Shown: positions 14,901 through 28,600 of the stretch, piece by piece
How the letters are laid out: every line of letters begins with the position of its first letter
Position numbering within the stretch: the stretch's first letter is position 1
NCBI GenBank assembly: GCA_021613535.1
Contig: CP075495.1
Coordinates: 3,100,001-3,164,000, forward strand
DNA: 64,000 bases
Source of the DNA: Adineta vaga
Lineage: Eukaryota > Animalia > Rotifera
Direction of reading: 5' to 3'
Made by a program: the position numbers and the translations under genes
The notes under the pieces: generated by a model
Seen by the model: only the letters and a program-made list of their open reading frames with translations
What the model was told of the DNA's origin: nothing
Databases searched by the model: none

Positions 14901-17167
14901 TGTGATATTAAAACGAAATTGTGTTAATAGAAGACTTATTTCATGCCATTGACCATCATTTAAATTATCTAAATAAGATTGATTGGTTTTTTTCTCATAA
15001 ACAATCAAAACTCTATAATCTTACCTCGACGATGACGAACTGTTCGTTTATTTCCATCCAATTGTACCGTACAAGCTAATTGTCCTTCATCAAGAAAGAG
15101 CTAAAAGAAAGAAAGATAGTCACTATGTATTTCTTGAAAACAAAATTCATTCTTTATTTACTCGAAGAAAATCTTGATCAGGTACATCATTAATACCAAT
15201 CATCAATTGTCTTGGCTCAGATAAATTCGTATAAAATAGGATTCCATTAGGTTCAAATGTACGCATTTGAAAATTTAAATCAATCGATGTCGCACCTGGT
15301 TTTCGAAAGATTTCAAGATATGAATCGAATGTTTTGAATGTATAAGGATGCATATTCATTGAATCATCCTAGAAATTCGAACAGAGAAAAAAGTGAAAGT
15401 TATCTTTCATTTCAATGATGATTTGTCAAGCATAAGCATGTGATAAATAACTGAACAGTGAATGCATTTGTTACATGCATAAGTATCAAAGCAGCGAAGC
15501 ATAGAATGGCAAAAAAAGCAATAACAACAGATAGTTAGGTATTCTTTTCTCTTACTTTTTCATCTTAATCTAAAAGAATTCAGGTTTATTTTCATTTGAA
15601 ATATGAACGAAAATCAAGAGAAGAGAAGAGAAGGAATGCTTGAATAGAAACTTACTTCACACATTGCTCCGGAACCAACCATTCCTTGTTCAAGACCATA
15701 GAATGGATTTTGTCGTTGTAAATTTTGTAATACATCTAATATAGCTTTTGTTGATGGACTAACATAGAGAACATTTTCTAAACATCCTTGAAAATTCGGT
15801 CGCACAGATATACCACGTTCCATGTGATTAGGTGCACCACCCACATATAGCTACAAAAAAAAAGAAAATATGAAAGTTTTATTCGAGATACCATCTTGAT
15901 TAATATTAGATTTTGTATTATTTTTACTTTTCCATCAAGATCCAACCCATTAAATGCACTTCGTGATTCTTCTTGAACAATAGTTTGATCGATTTTAAGT
16001 GAAATATTTTTCATATTACGTATAATGGCTAAATCATGCCATTGATAATCATCTAATACACTTCCACCTTGAATTATAGTCGCACCTGGACGTCCTGGCA
16101 TAGAACCTAAAGAAAAAAAGTCATATATATATTCATTTGATTTCAATATAAATTTCATTCAAACCTAGATCAATTCCAACAAATATACTTCCATTTCGTA
16201 ATTCTACACTTAAATAATCATTATTTTGAGTTCCTTTTGCATAAAAAAGTACACCATGTGGATAATTTGTTTTAAAACGTAAACGTAATTCATCTTGTTT
16301 ATTATGTAATGGAATAAATGTCGCATCATAATAAGCAATTGTATGTCCATCAAAATTAAATGAGGAAGATGCTAGAAATAGCCGAAAGAATGTATGTCAA
16401 TATTCAATACAATTCACTCAGAGTACTTACTAAATGGACAACCATAAACTTCAACACGCATTGATATAAAATTATTCCATAGTCGTGGATTAAAACGTAT
16501 ATAACGTGTAATTACCGGATCCGAAAGATTATTTCGAACAATACCATTATCATTTTTATTTCCAACAAAATTCTAATACAAATAAAATCATGTTTTTCTT
16601 TTTTTTTACAATTAATCTTCCTGATATTCAACATACCAAAATGATTTTATCTCTATTGGTATAATGAAACCAATTATGACCGTTATCAGAATACATCAAA
16701 TTGTATACAGTCACATATTCTTTTGCAGCACGACGGCCTTGTGTTGCAACGCCCGTAACATAATATCGAGAGCCTAGATCAATGTACAGATATTGATCAG
16801 CATCCATATAAGCTGGTCGCCAAGCTTTAAAGTAGAAAATAAAACGTTGAATTTCTAAAGGAAAAAGTGTCAAAAAAAAGAAAACAAACCATATCGAGCA
16901 TTTAATCGAGCCGTATATGGTTCTCGACCTTGTACAAATGATGAAGCAAAAAATGCTGCATCAGGAATTTTACGCGATTCTACACCTAGATTTGGTGGTC
17001 GTTGACAAGGATTGTAAAGATCTGCTGATGTTTGACCATTAATTACTGAAGAAAAAACACAAATATATTATTCAACTGAAACATGATTGAATGAAATAAA
17101 ACAAACATGAAATTGAGTGTAGAAAAATGAAAAATGAAATTAAATGCATCGACGAAATAATCAACAT
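11965..17167 (-). CDS. Nrx-IV: Neurexin IV / contactin-associated protein (Caspr): signal peptide, F5/8 discoidin, LamG x4, EGF, fibrinogen-like, TM, short tail
   Basis: Discoidin (QYLYIDLG..VTGVATQGR), LamG segments (DDYQWH, NDGQWH, FVGCMR), EGF (CQSNPCLNGGRC), fibrinogen-like region (YWGGS..CNCD), TM then GQYETKE, and a C-terminal PDZ-type motif EWFF*. Confidence 0.92.
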
Positions 17168-17694
17168 AATTTAAACAATAAATATATTTTCTTTTGATTA
17201 AATTGCTTGAAATATCACCATGAGATTAAGAAAAAAATGACATAGATTTAGATGAGATAAATCAATTCTCTTCTGACATAGACAAGGTCAAGCGTATATA
17301 TATATATATATGCACACCTAACTGACCGTCGTTTGTAAATTTCCATTGGTTATCCTGTCCTTTCTTTACCGTCCGATGAATCATATATTTCGATGCATAC
17401 ATTTTACAAAACAGAACAAACGAATGATGTCACTAGTGTCTAACAGACATAGATGAACATAATTTTGTTTTCTTTTTCTTTATTCGTGATTAAAATAGAA
17501 TTGAAAAGGAGAACTATTTACACAGCACAAGAATTGGTAAGAATAATAAATAAAGTTAACAAAGATCAGAGAGAAACTTTAGAAAGAAATACTTTGTTTT
17601 ACAACGGAATTTTTCGTTGACAAATTGTATTTTTGCTTATATTTTCATATGAAAAATTAACAGTTACGTGACTGAGATCAGACTAAATATTGAA

Positions 17695-18133
17695 TTAATT
17701 GTTGATTGATACATCAGTAACTGAAAAGAATCAAGTTATGGTTAAATTTAAAAAAAAAACGAGTATAATGATGATTCAATCTTACCTTCTCGAATTGCCG
17801 CATTAATTTGGTCTAATGACCAATCAATAGGAAATGGTGTTTCCTGCAAAAAGAATGTAAAGTTTGAGTAAACATGGAAAAATATTCCTGCTTACCATTG
17901 TCTGGATTGATTCTTTGAAAACATTAGAATTTAGATGCTGGTGTTGGAGGTGGATCAGGAGCCACATGTTGGCTGAATTTCAATTGTTGATTTCCAAACA
18001 ATCTCGTACCTTCTTCTATCTCATGTGGTGTCACATGAAATAAGAGAAATTCGATCGAGTTGACTAAGATGTTTGTTTCATCTCTAATATCGTCACTGGG
18101 ACGTTCAACAACTCTTCCATCTTCAGTTGCCAT
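17695..18133 (-). CDS. Small uncharacterised spliced gene (MATEDGRVVERPS...ETPFPIDWSLDQINAAIREVTDVSINN*); internal exon structure ambiguous
   Basis: ORF 17924-18202 plus two consensus GTAAG...CAG introns (~17844-17895, ~17721-17785). An extra intron starting at GTACGAG (~18009) is needed to keep the frame. Confidence 0.4.
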
Positions 18134-19449
18134 AATTTTGCATAGATTGATTGAAATATATCTGAAAAAAAACCATGCTGTTATTACTATACTGCTTACC
18201 AAGTACTATATGCTGCTAATACATCAAACCAAGTTGTGACTATTTATTACATTAAAAAATGATGACAAAAAACAACATATTTGTCAGTGTTATATATAGT
18301 ATCCCTTACTTTTATTCTCCCGTTGTGGGTGAAAACAAGTGACGAAAAACTCTTTTCTTTCCTTTTCTTTTACTTTTCTGTAGTTATTATTCATAGTCAG
18401 AAGCATTATCAAGAATTCAAGTAAATAATATTTATTTATTTTTTAACATTGTGCGGATCATAAGGGCAATCGATTAAATCTATTTCAGTTAAGATGCACA
18501 ATTCTTTTTCTTATCAAGAGAATCGATTTGATACAATTTTCTATTTTACCAAATGAACAAAATTTTATTACATAAAAACCCATTCCTTATATCATACATA
18601 TGTATACAAAATGAATAAAAAGTTATATCACTCACAGTATTTTGAAGCAAAATATCTTGGAAAAGGTTTTACATAGAATTTTATTCTATAGAGATCATAC
18701 ATTATTCGAGAAAAGACAAACATAAAACAAGGGAGGATATATATATAATAACTACAGACAAAACAGGGAAGGATACCATGGCAAGAGAGAAGCAAAAAGA
18801 AAAGAAATAATCACCGTATCACAGAACAAATTCAGATAAAATAAATAAAAAGAAAAATACAATGGGCAGTGAGAAAGAAAGAAAGAATAGGGCAAAATGT
18901 TTAAAAACACCGGTACGAAATGATAAGTTTACTATGCATTCTAATGAGTCTGACAGAAGAATCTCGTTTAACTCGAATTCTCAAAGCAGTCATATCACAT
19001 CTTAGTCATGACATTTTTCACGACCAATGCAATGTAAACACCGAAACAAACTCGAAGATTAATAAAAGACGTCTTTTGAATCTTCGTCTATCTAATCGAA
19101 CAATCAGATTGTTCATCGAAATTGATAGAAATGTTGATTTGATCATATAGATAGAAAAAGAATTTTAAGACGTTAAATATCATCGAGGTATATTACTATA
19201 TTACTATGAATGTAGTAGTATACATGTTAAGGATAAGTGAGATACAAATTTTAAAATATAATCTGTATTCACTGGCGAATAAAGTTGCTATTTGTTATAA
19301 CAACTATATTCTTAATATTCCCACAATCAAGGGGATCGAACGCCATGAGGCATTACTTAAAGTATTAACAACGCATAGATATCAATCGTAATGATTGATT
19401 CAAACGTTGCGCAAAGTGATGTTTTGTCTTATACTGTTGTTATTAACTC

Positions 19450-20960
19450 TTCGATAATGTATGACTGATACTTAAAATTTATCCATCATTTGCTCATCGA
19501 CAGCATCCTGCACTACACAAAACATCAACTTTGCTCGACATCAGGGGTGCACCAAATCCAATTCCAGTCAAATCCAAATCTAGGATTTGACTGGAATTGG
19601 ATTTGGTGCACCCCTACTCGACATACAGTAAATAATAATATGATCCGCAAAAAAATGTGATCTTGCCAATAACTGATAGCAATTTCTAAATAAAATTTAT
19701 TTCAATAGATAGCTATGTGTTTCAGAATAGTTCTTGTTCTTAGCATAATGTCAATAATTCAATAAGTATCTGACAATAGATGATGGAGTGTATAATATTT
19801 ACATTTTGATCATTGCATTGATGACAGAACTATTGGAATTTTCGAATGTTCTACATGCTGTTTAGAAGAAGAATTCAAATGAAACACATAGAAGCTGCAT
19901 AATTCTGGGAAATGGTAAGAAAGTACTATCGGATGATCAAAATAATTGTTGTTTTCAATAGAATGAAAGGATATCAGATGTTTGACAATTCACATCGTTT
20001 TAGTGGATCACATATAATTACTCTCAAGGATTTACATTTATAGTCCTGAGAATGAAATGGTTCCAATCAATAAGCTCTAGCGTTTAAGAAGCTTAAGAAA
20101 ATAAATAGATACCTGTCAACTATATGGATGTAATTACAAAAGTTACTCAGGGCTCTTGGACATCTCATAGATTCTCATATCGTACCAATAAAGACATTGA
20201 TAAAAGGACAAGAAGAAAAGGACAAAAGACTGAACACTTTCTCTACCGTAAACATTGAATTTAACTGCCAAAGAATGCTGAAGGTTCTTTCCAAATTTTT
20301 GTAAGATTTACGACAAATTTGTCCAAAATGTGTCGGTGATAGTTTGCAATTAATTTTGTTGGGGATACTGAAATTTTAAAGAATTAACTAAAATAAATTC
20401 AGAAGGTCATTTTATGTTTTGTTATTTACTAGTATTTTGTGATCAATGGGGGCGATGCTTTGTTCTGAACTATACTCTAATTCCTAGTAATAAAAAACTA
20501 TATATAGATGAATAGAAATAATTTTGATGAAATAGACTTCAGATTCTGATGAAACCTGTTCATCCATCATTGAGTCCTCTATAACATTTGATGATAAGAT
20601 ATCATCCTAAGAGAAAGATATAAATACAACAATACATGTAGAGTAAATACCAATAACATACATTAAAGTTGACTTCCATTCCGTCATTTTCACTCGGATA
20701 TCCAGTGACGGTCTATGTAAATGAAACTAACAATTAAGTTTATGGTTTAGATTAAAATGCAATACCATGAATGGTGGTGCTGGTAATATTGGCATAGCAG
20801 TTGGTTCAACTATTGCCATCTCAATTCTGGCTGGTAACATGTCATTCAATAGCTGAATTACATTGTTAGTACCCTGTAATCTGATCAGAATATTGATATC
20901 ATTCATTTTAATAAACGGACTCAATGATGGTGTTAATCAGTTTTTTTACCATCTATCAAA
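19450..20960 (-). pseudogene. Degenerate multi-exon gene remnant of unknown family
   Basis: Chain of consensus short introns flanking open exons (LQGTNN..PAPPFM / TVTGYPSENDGMEVNFN / DDILSSNVIEDSMMDEQ / ELEYSSEQSIAPIDHKIL), followed by exons with in-frame stops. Confidence 0.4.
19542..19616. mobile_element. 75-bp hAT-type miniature inverted-repeat element (MITE)
   Basis: 34-bp TIRs (CAGGGGTGCACCAAATCCAATTCCAGTCAAATCC, 33/34 match), 7-nt spacer, exact 8-bp TSD CTCGACAT at 19534-19541 and 19617-19624. Confidence 0.9.
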
Positions 20961-22064
20961 CTACAAATAAGATTGATTCATTTTATTCTAAGTCAAAGTA
21001 AAAAACAAGCAAATTAGATTCTTTTTCCCTATCGTCATGCGACAAAAATAATTTAAGTAAACTGTTTTCTTTCCTATCGTGTAGAACGCAACAAGATAGC
21101 CGACTTCGAATGAGACGTCTATGTTTTATGACTCAATGTCAAACATTTGTCTTCTCTTTCTCCCATAGAAGTATTCTCGATCATTCTCCATTATTCTAGA
21201 AGTCGTTTTGTCTGTCTCGTCTTTACATCTGCTTGAAAGTACTCAAAAATCGTTCTATCGAGTCACCGTGTTTTATTCTTCTCTATCTCTTTTTCGTTCT
21301 ATGCATTAGGAAAAACTCAACAAACTATTTGTCCTCTTTCTTTCATCATCTCATTGGTCAAAACTTTGTCATCACCTGATATATTAAATATACAAATTAT
21401 AAATAAAATGTATATACATTCTTCTATAGTGCTTGTTAAATTGTGGTTTTATATGATTACTTTCATACACTATTTTGAATATTTATAGATTTATTGCTGT
21501 TCGAGATTTTCCATTGAATAAGACTCATCCATTCTATTTGAAATGGAATCAAATAATCTTTTCAAATGAAGAATATTTATCGTACACTTAAATTCTTAAG
21601 CCTCTATCGTGTATTACATTTGTATAGAAACAAAAAAATGTTTTGTAATAAAAAGGCATAATTTCAGAAGAAAAATGTAATACTTGTTGTTCAAAAACGG
21701 GAGAAATATGGATATCTTGATTAATAATAATTGAATTAAAAGAAAACTGCTTCGACTCAAGCAATGCTATTCTTTATATAGTAAAATATTGTAGAATACT
21801 TTAGTTTTTCCCCAGTAATCGGTAAAGAAATTTAAATTATTCGTCCACCCTACTATTGCTTGTACCAATAACAAACAAACATATTATTATTGCACGTCAT
21901 CTTTATGATAGATCTGCATAGGGAGTTTAGTTCAAAGCATTGGTGCGTCTATTAACCATTCATTTATACTCATGATTCATTGTGGTTGTTGAGTAATATC
22001 TACTAAATAACAAGAAAGCATTGACTTATAGGAATTCTTTTATTTTCAAATTCTCGAAATAAAA

Positions 22065-22877
22065 ATGTCGGCTGAAAAACAAAGTCAACTTACTGAAGAA
22101 GATTTATGTCGAATAAAAGATTTTCAAATTGGAGAATTACCAAAAAATTCTACTTTTGTTCGTCCATTTCGTGCTTCATTTATTGATGAACGAAAGAATG
22201 ATCCTGTCAAACGTTTCTGGGATGCTGTTGAAGAACATGTGAGTTAATTATTTACTTGCTTTTGTTTTTCTTCAATAACTTGAATTCTAATATAGAATTC
22301 CGTAGCTATTATTATTTATAATCGTTCTACTGATGCTCTTGTTTTTGTTCGTCAATTTCGTCCAGCCGTACATGTAATGATAAGTAAAGAAACTCAACAT
22401 GTTCCATCCGTATCCGACATTGATTTTACGAAACAAGATGCAAAATCTGCAATTACTTATGAATTTTGTGCTGGAATTCTTGATAAAAAACATTTATCAA
22501 GTAAAGAACATGCACATGCTGAAATATTTGAAGAATGCGGTTATGCTGTTGATATAAATTCGATTGAATTTGTAACTAAATACCGAATTGGTGTTGGTAT
22601 AGCTGGTCCATTTCAAGATCTTTATTATGTCGAAGTAACTGATGATATGAAAAAAAATACCGGTGGTGGAAATGCATCTGAACAAGAACGTAAGAGGAAA
22701 TGCAATGATGAACAGCAATTCATTTTGTTTTTATTTGACTTTGTTTTAGTTATTGTCGTACAAGAAATACCAGTCAATGAACTCTATCCATTTTTATTTG
22801 ATGAAAGTAAAGCAAAAGAAACAACATTAATGTTTGGTATTATGTGGTTTTTATATAAAAAAGGACGATTGCCATAA
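22065..22877 (+). CDS. NUDT14: UDP-glucose pyrophosphatase (Nudix hydrolase 14); introns 22239-22295 and 22690-22749
   Basis: WD...H-NSVAIII, VFVRQFRPAV, TYEFCAGILDK...EIFEECGY Nudix box, GGG.....E.I.V motif. Confidence 0.9.
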
Positions 22878-23681
22878 TGTTTTTTTTTCTAAACGAATAT
22901 GACATTCTCGATAATAAAATATTAAGAACTATTGATTTTACGATAATTCAAATAATGATATGTAATGCTTATAGTTCATTGAAAATAGTTAGCTGAATTA
23001 AATCAAACGATTATTAGTAGACCTTTGTTGACAACAATATTCTGCGAGAAACGATATCGATCGATTGAAAACTCATCCATTTCACTGAAAGAATTATTTG
23101 AAAATATATTTAGATGATATGCATATTAGAAGAACATCACAGACACATACGCATCTCTAATCTACTTCCTCCTCCCATCATAAACGGATGTTCATTCTTT
23201 ACGGAAGAGAACAGTGTATTATAATCCTTGACATAATCCTTGACTTTAACATACTATTTCAATTCAATTAAAAAATAAATGATAATACAATTCAAAATGA
23301 ATATTAATTTATAAAAAGCATAAAACACGTAAAACTGCATGAATTTCAAAATGACATATACTTAAGATAAATAATTTCTCTTTTTGGATTCAAATTAACT
23401 GATCATATAGAAAGGATATATGTAGTTGTTCACATGAAATTTAAAAGTTCTAAAAATTTATCGAATAATATTTCATTTTTCTAAAATCATCAATAGATAT
23501 TTCATTTTCATATATAGGTCGACAAAGTTTAGCAGTTGTCATTCTATTGACCTTAAAAATGTCATTGCGGATAATCATCGTGATTATTAATAATTAAAAT
23601 GTTTTTTTTTCAAAAAAAAAGTCGAAGTATATAAAAACCTGTCATGTCAAAAATTACGCACAATTCATTTGAAACAGCAAA

Positions 23682-24718
23682 ATGAATAATACCACAGATG
23701 AAACAAACGGATCCTTATCCCCACCACTAGAAGTACTGCGAATGATTACAGCCATCTTAGGAATAATGGTATATAGTACAGGATTCATTGGCAATTTTTT
23801 ATCTCTCTTGCTTTTCATTCAAAAAGACTTTCGTCAAGTATCTACTGGACTTATTTTTCTTTTACTTAACATAGTCAGTACTATTCATCTATTTTCATTG
23901 ATTGTTGAATATGTTGATAGTATTTATCAAATTCAAATTATACCCAATGATAAATTTCGTTGTCAATTTATATTATGGTTACAAAATGCAACACGTACAA
24001 TATGTTCATTTTTAGCAGCAACTATTTCACTTGATCGTTTTATTCGATCGGAATATCTGATGAAATCACGTTTATGGTGTACAACACAAAATGTCATGAA
24101 ATTGTTCGTTCTCTATTGTTTATTTTCTATTATATTCTACACATTTTTCCTTCATCCATTGAATATTTTCAATAATCTGAAGCAATGTTCATTTCCTGTT
24201 TCAAGTACATTTCGTCTATTTGCATTGAACTATCTACCACCAATACGTTTTTTCTTAATTTGTGTTCTTCCAGTTGTTGTTATGGTTGGATTGGTGGACG
24301 AATGCTTTGGAATATCCATCAATCAAAGAATCGTGTTTCACAACAAACCGTAGCAGGAAAACAGAATGTAGCCACTATTGTTGCTCCACCATCACGAGGA
24401 AGTAATGTAACGGAAGAAACTCGAAAAAAACGAGCAACCATTGATTCCATGTTACTTTTAATGGTTCTTGCAAATGTAATTGCATATAATATCACACAAA
24501 TTCCATTTAATGTCTACACACTTTATTACGGATATGAAACATCTGATGATTATACAGTTTATTCATTAATGCGAGCATTTCTTCTTATGTGGAGTTCGAT
24601 TTATTTTGGAATTGGATTTTATTTATTTTGTCTTACATCATCACAATTTCGAAAGCAATTTCTTACTAAAATGAAAAGTATTCGTGTTTGCCATCAGCCT
24701 ATTCAACGTCGCACCTAG
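23682..24718 (+). pseudogene. Intronless class A GPCR (peptide/chemosensory-like) with a 1-nt frameshift near 24291 (pseudogene or assembly error)
   Basis: TM1-TM5 are in ORF 23682-24353 (GN, ISLDRF). TM6-TM7 are in overlapping ORF 24185-24718 (QIPF, FYLFCLTSSQFR). The frames join at ATG GTT GGA TT- GGT GGA CGA. Confidence 0.75.
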
Positions 24719-25607
24719 ATTTCAATTATCCGTAAAATATAAACTAGCATTAAACTTTTCTTTTGTTTTTCAATACATAAATAAAAAGCAACTGTATGAG
24801 AAATCTATTGAATTGGATACTGAAGTGAATTTTCATATTTGGTCATCTAATTTGACAATGGACTTCTATAAAAATCTTTGCTTGGTCTAGTTTAAGCTAG
24901 ATCTATCAACGTACCTTCTCATTAATCTATTCTCTGTATAGCTATATATATATATATATATTTCATGAAAGTTATACAGTCGTAAATCTTCTTCATGTAA
25001 CGTTTTTTTCCCATCTAGAATTTCATATTTCATATACATTATTCATACAAGTGTGCATTGTGCTCATATGCACCAGAGAGATCACAAAGCCAAGAGAAGA
25101 AAAAAGACGAAAAAGCGAGAACAAATTACCCATCAGATAGAACAGACAGATACATAAGTACATACACAATGATAAGATGAATAGCATTTAATAAACATGA
25201 GCACAGAAAAGATCATTTGAAAACGAAAAGTAAAAAAAACAAAGTTTTTCGTTATTTGTTTTCCTAATTTCGTGCAAAAACGATTTTATCAGACTAACGA
25301 TGCTGATCATTGTTGGGATTATCAAATGCCAGAAGAACATCATTGAGATATAGACAGAGAAAAAAATAACTACACAAACATACACTCACAAACATGCGAC
25401 AAATGTGCAAGGAGTTCAGGTATAAAAATAAGGGACTGAAAATAAACAAACAAGCAAAGCGAAAAATACGTGCCATGAAGAAGAAATTTCTAACTGTTAC
25501 ATCATGTTTAGAATAAAGAGAAACAAATGGATTGAATCACAGTGCGGAAGAGAGAATTAATCAATCAATAAATAAGTTAATCATGTGTCTTTTATTTATT
25601 TATTTAT

Positions 25608-28600
25608 TTATGTTGTATCAAGTCTAATCAATCGTAGTTTAGCTGCATCAACAAGTACTGTAGCAGCTTCATTGGTTCCACCACAATAATGAGATGAAGA
25701 AAAAACTGTTAGTAAACGACCACTTAATTGTACCTGAAATATTTTTACAAAAAAAAATGGAGTTCACTTCTACAAGAAAAATCGTTCATCATACTTTGAA
25801 CCCGACTTGTTGCACTTCATGAGCACGTATTACATGTGTAAAATTATTCTTTTCCAGAAATGTCATCAACGCTTCACTTGTAAAATAATTTCCGGTACTT
25901 CTTCGAGTATTATTAAAGAAACCTCCATTTGCACCAATTGGTAATTGAGCAGCTGTATTTGTATCAATAGAAAATGGATCATTCCACATAATTTCCCATG
26001 CTAATGGTGATTCATTTTCTGGTTCACTCAACGGTACAATTATATCATTCACAGAAGAAACGAAATCACCTGGACATGATGCCGGACTCGGTATACCACC
26101 ATGAACACATAGAATCTATTGATTTATATTAACAAGCTATTCATTAACATAGAAAGAAAAAAAATACCTTATCATCAATCACAGCAGCAAGTGGTAGAAC
26201 ATCAAAAACTGAATTTATTCCGTCCCATACTTCTTTACCAAGTGTATCACCAAATTTACCCAAACATTCTCTAGAAGAAAAAAAAACAAATATTTAAAAT
26301 CAATGTCACTTCTTATAGACATGAGTAAATATCATAATTCGATCATATTCATTCGTACGATCTGTATACTCAATAACAAATGAGTAAATTTACTTTCTAC
26401 TTAGGAGATTAAATACAAGAAAATGTATACTATTAATTCGATTCAACAATGAACAATACTCAAAGATAGAAATAACTCAATAAAACATGAAACTTGATGA
26501 CTTACTTATAGAAACTAAACATTTGTTGAACTTTTCTTATTTCATGATTGCCTCGTAGTAATAAAACCTTTTTTGGACATTGATATTTTGCTGCCAGAAG
26601 ATAAATAATAACCTAAAGAAATTTCCAATTAAAACTTCTAAATTTGATTTTAAAAAGAAAAGAATCATTACTTCAAGTCCATGAATTCCTCGATCAACAT
26701 AATCACCAAGAAAAAGAAATGATGCAGGTGATAACAATGGTGTCGCACGCCAAAGAGATTTTTCAAAACAAACTAAATCTTGATAATTACCATGAATATC
26801 ACCAAGAACATAACATGGTGATGAAAGTTTTAAACAACGCGGTTCACGACGAATAATTTCTCTCACTTCTTTACATAAACTAACGACATTTTTAGCTAAA
26901 TTAATGAATGTATTCGGCGTCCAAACCAAAGCATCTTTTGTTTGATCACGTTTTTCAAAAAATCTTAATAAATCTTGAATATCCGTTGCTACTGTTCTCT
27001 GAAGAGAAATTTAAAAAAAGATTATTTTATTGAACAAAACGAATATTTTCTTACTCGATCAAAGATTTCTTCTGATGGTGATCGAGGAAGATTTCTTAAT
27101 GCATTTTCCGTTGTTGTACTTAATTGATCACTACGATTCATTGAACGTAAAGATTCAACTTGAGAAAGTGTTCCCGATTTCTTCAATGTTACACAATGAT
27201 CAGCAATTTCATAATTTGAATTTGATTGAGCTAAAATCCAACAAAAAAAAGAGAACAATGTCGAAAGAATATTTTAAGAAAATTTCTCTTACATCGATCA
27301 TTTTGATTATCAATTTTCACATCTTTATATCGTCTAAAGAAGATCGTATTGATGAATAGAAAATCATTACATATCTAGATCTTACTTGCACATGCGTAAT
27401 AGATCTTGAACATTTGTATTCAATCGAAAAAGAACGGATGTTCCACGATATTTTAATTGACCAACAGAATTTAAAAAATCCGTTAATTGCAATTGATTAT
27501 TTGTTTGAACATTAAATGAACTAATGGAAATATTCGTATGATAAGAAGAAAATATCTTTTCAAATCAAAACTTACTTAAATGCTGATAAAATTTCACTAG
27601 AGGGTGGAATATCATTATTATTTTTTCCAGCTTTTAGAGTTTGTACATCATTATGAAGTTCACTAATGAGAAAGAAAAAGAATAAATTTCAATTCATTAA
27701 AGTCAATTATACGTACCGAAATTCATCGATTGACATGTTTCCATTATTTTTAATGTTATAAAAGCGAAATATATATCGACATCGTTGTTCAGCCGGTGCG
27801 CCTAAAAACTAAGTTTCGAAAATGAAAGCGAATAATTAATGATCAATACCTCCATGTGAAGTACTTGGATCCATTGCAGCTAAACCTGATCGATGAAAAC
27901 AAACCATCAAGAATATAGAATTTTATAGTTCGAAAATAAGTGAATTTACCAAGTAAATAATCGGAATAAGTTAAATAAGATTTTTGTTGTGCATCAAATG
28001 CTCGAAAATAAGCTTGTATTTTGGTCTTTTCAATCGATGATAATTTATTATCCATTGCTTCAGTAAATGCTTGAAAACTCATATATTCACTTGGAAATGT
28101 AAATGAATAAAATTCCTTAAAAACCCGTTCTTGTACTAGAAATAAAATCAAAGATTTGTTTTGTGTTTTTTTCTCAATGAATTTTTATTAATACGAATTA
28201 CATTTTGCATTAAATTTTGCAGAACCCATTAACTGTTCTTGTGGAGAAGCAATCAATTGATTATTTGGATCAGGTTGTTTACAATCAATAAATTGTAATA
28301 TAGGTTCTTCAAAGATTTGTCCACCGGATACGAAATCATCTGAATAGAAAGCAAAAAAAAATACAAATGATCGATAAGTTCTTTGATTCAATCAAAATAA
28401 TTACCCCAACCATTTGCTTGTTGTCGTTCGAGGATAGTTTTTAATAAATAAAATGGTTCTAATCCTAATAATTCTCGATTTTTGATCGCAGTTTTCATTC
28501 TTTCAACATTCATCCATATCGAATTGACTAAATTCGATGCATTACCACGCATCTAGGAGAAACATATCGTTTTTGAAGAATATTCTTTCGAAAATAATTA

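Noticed and set aside
19330-19360. Minus-strand MPHGV resembling the CPHG motif of CxC/KDZ transposases
   Set aside because: Too short, and the flanking motif residues are absent.
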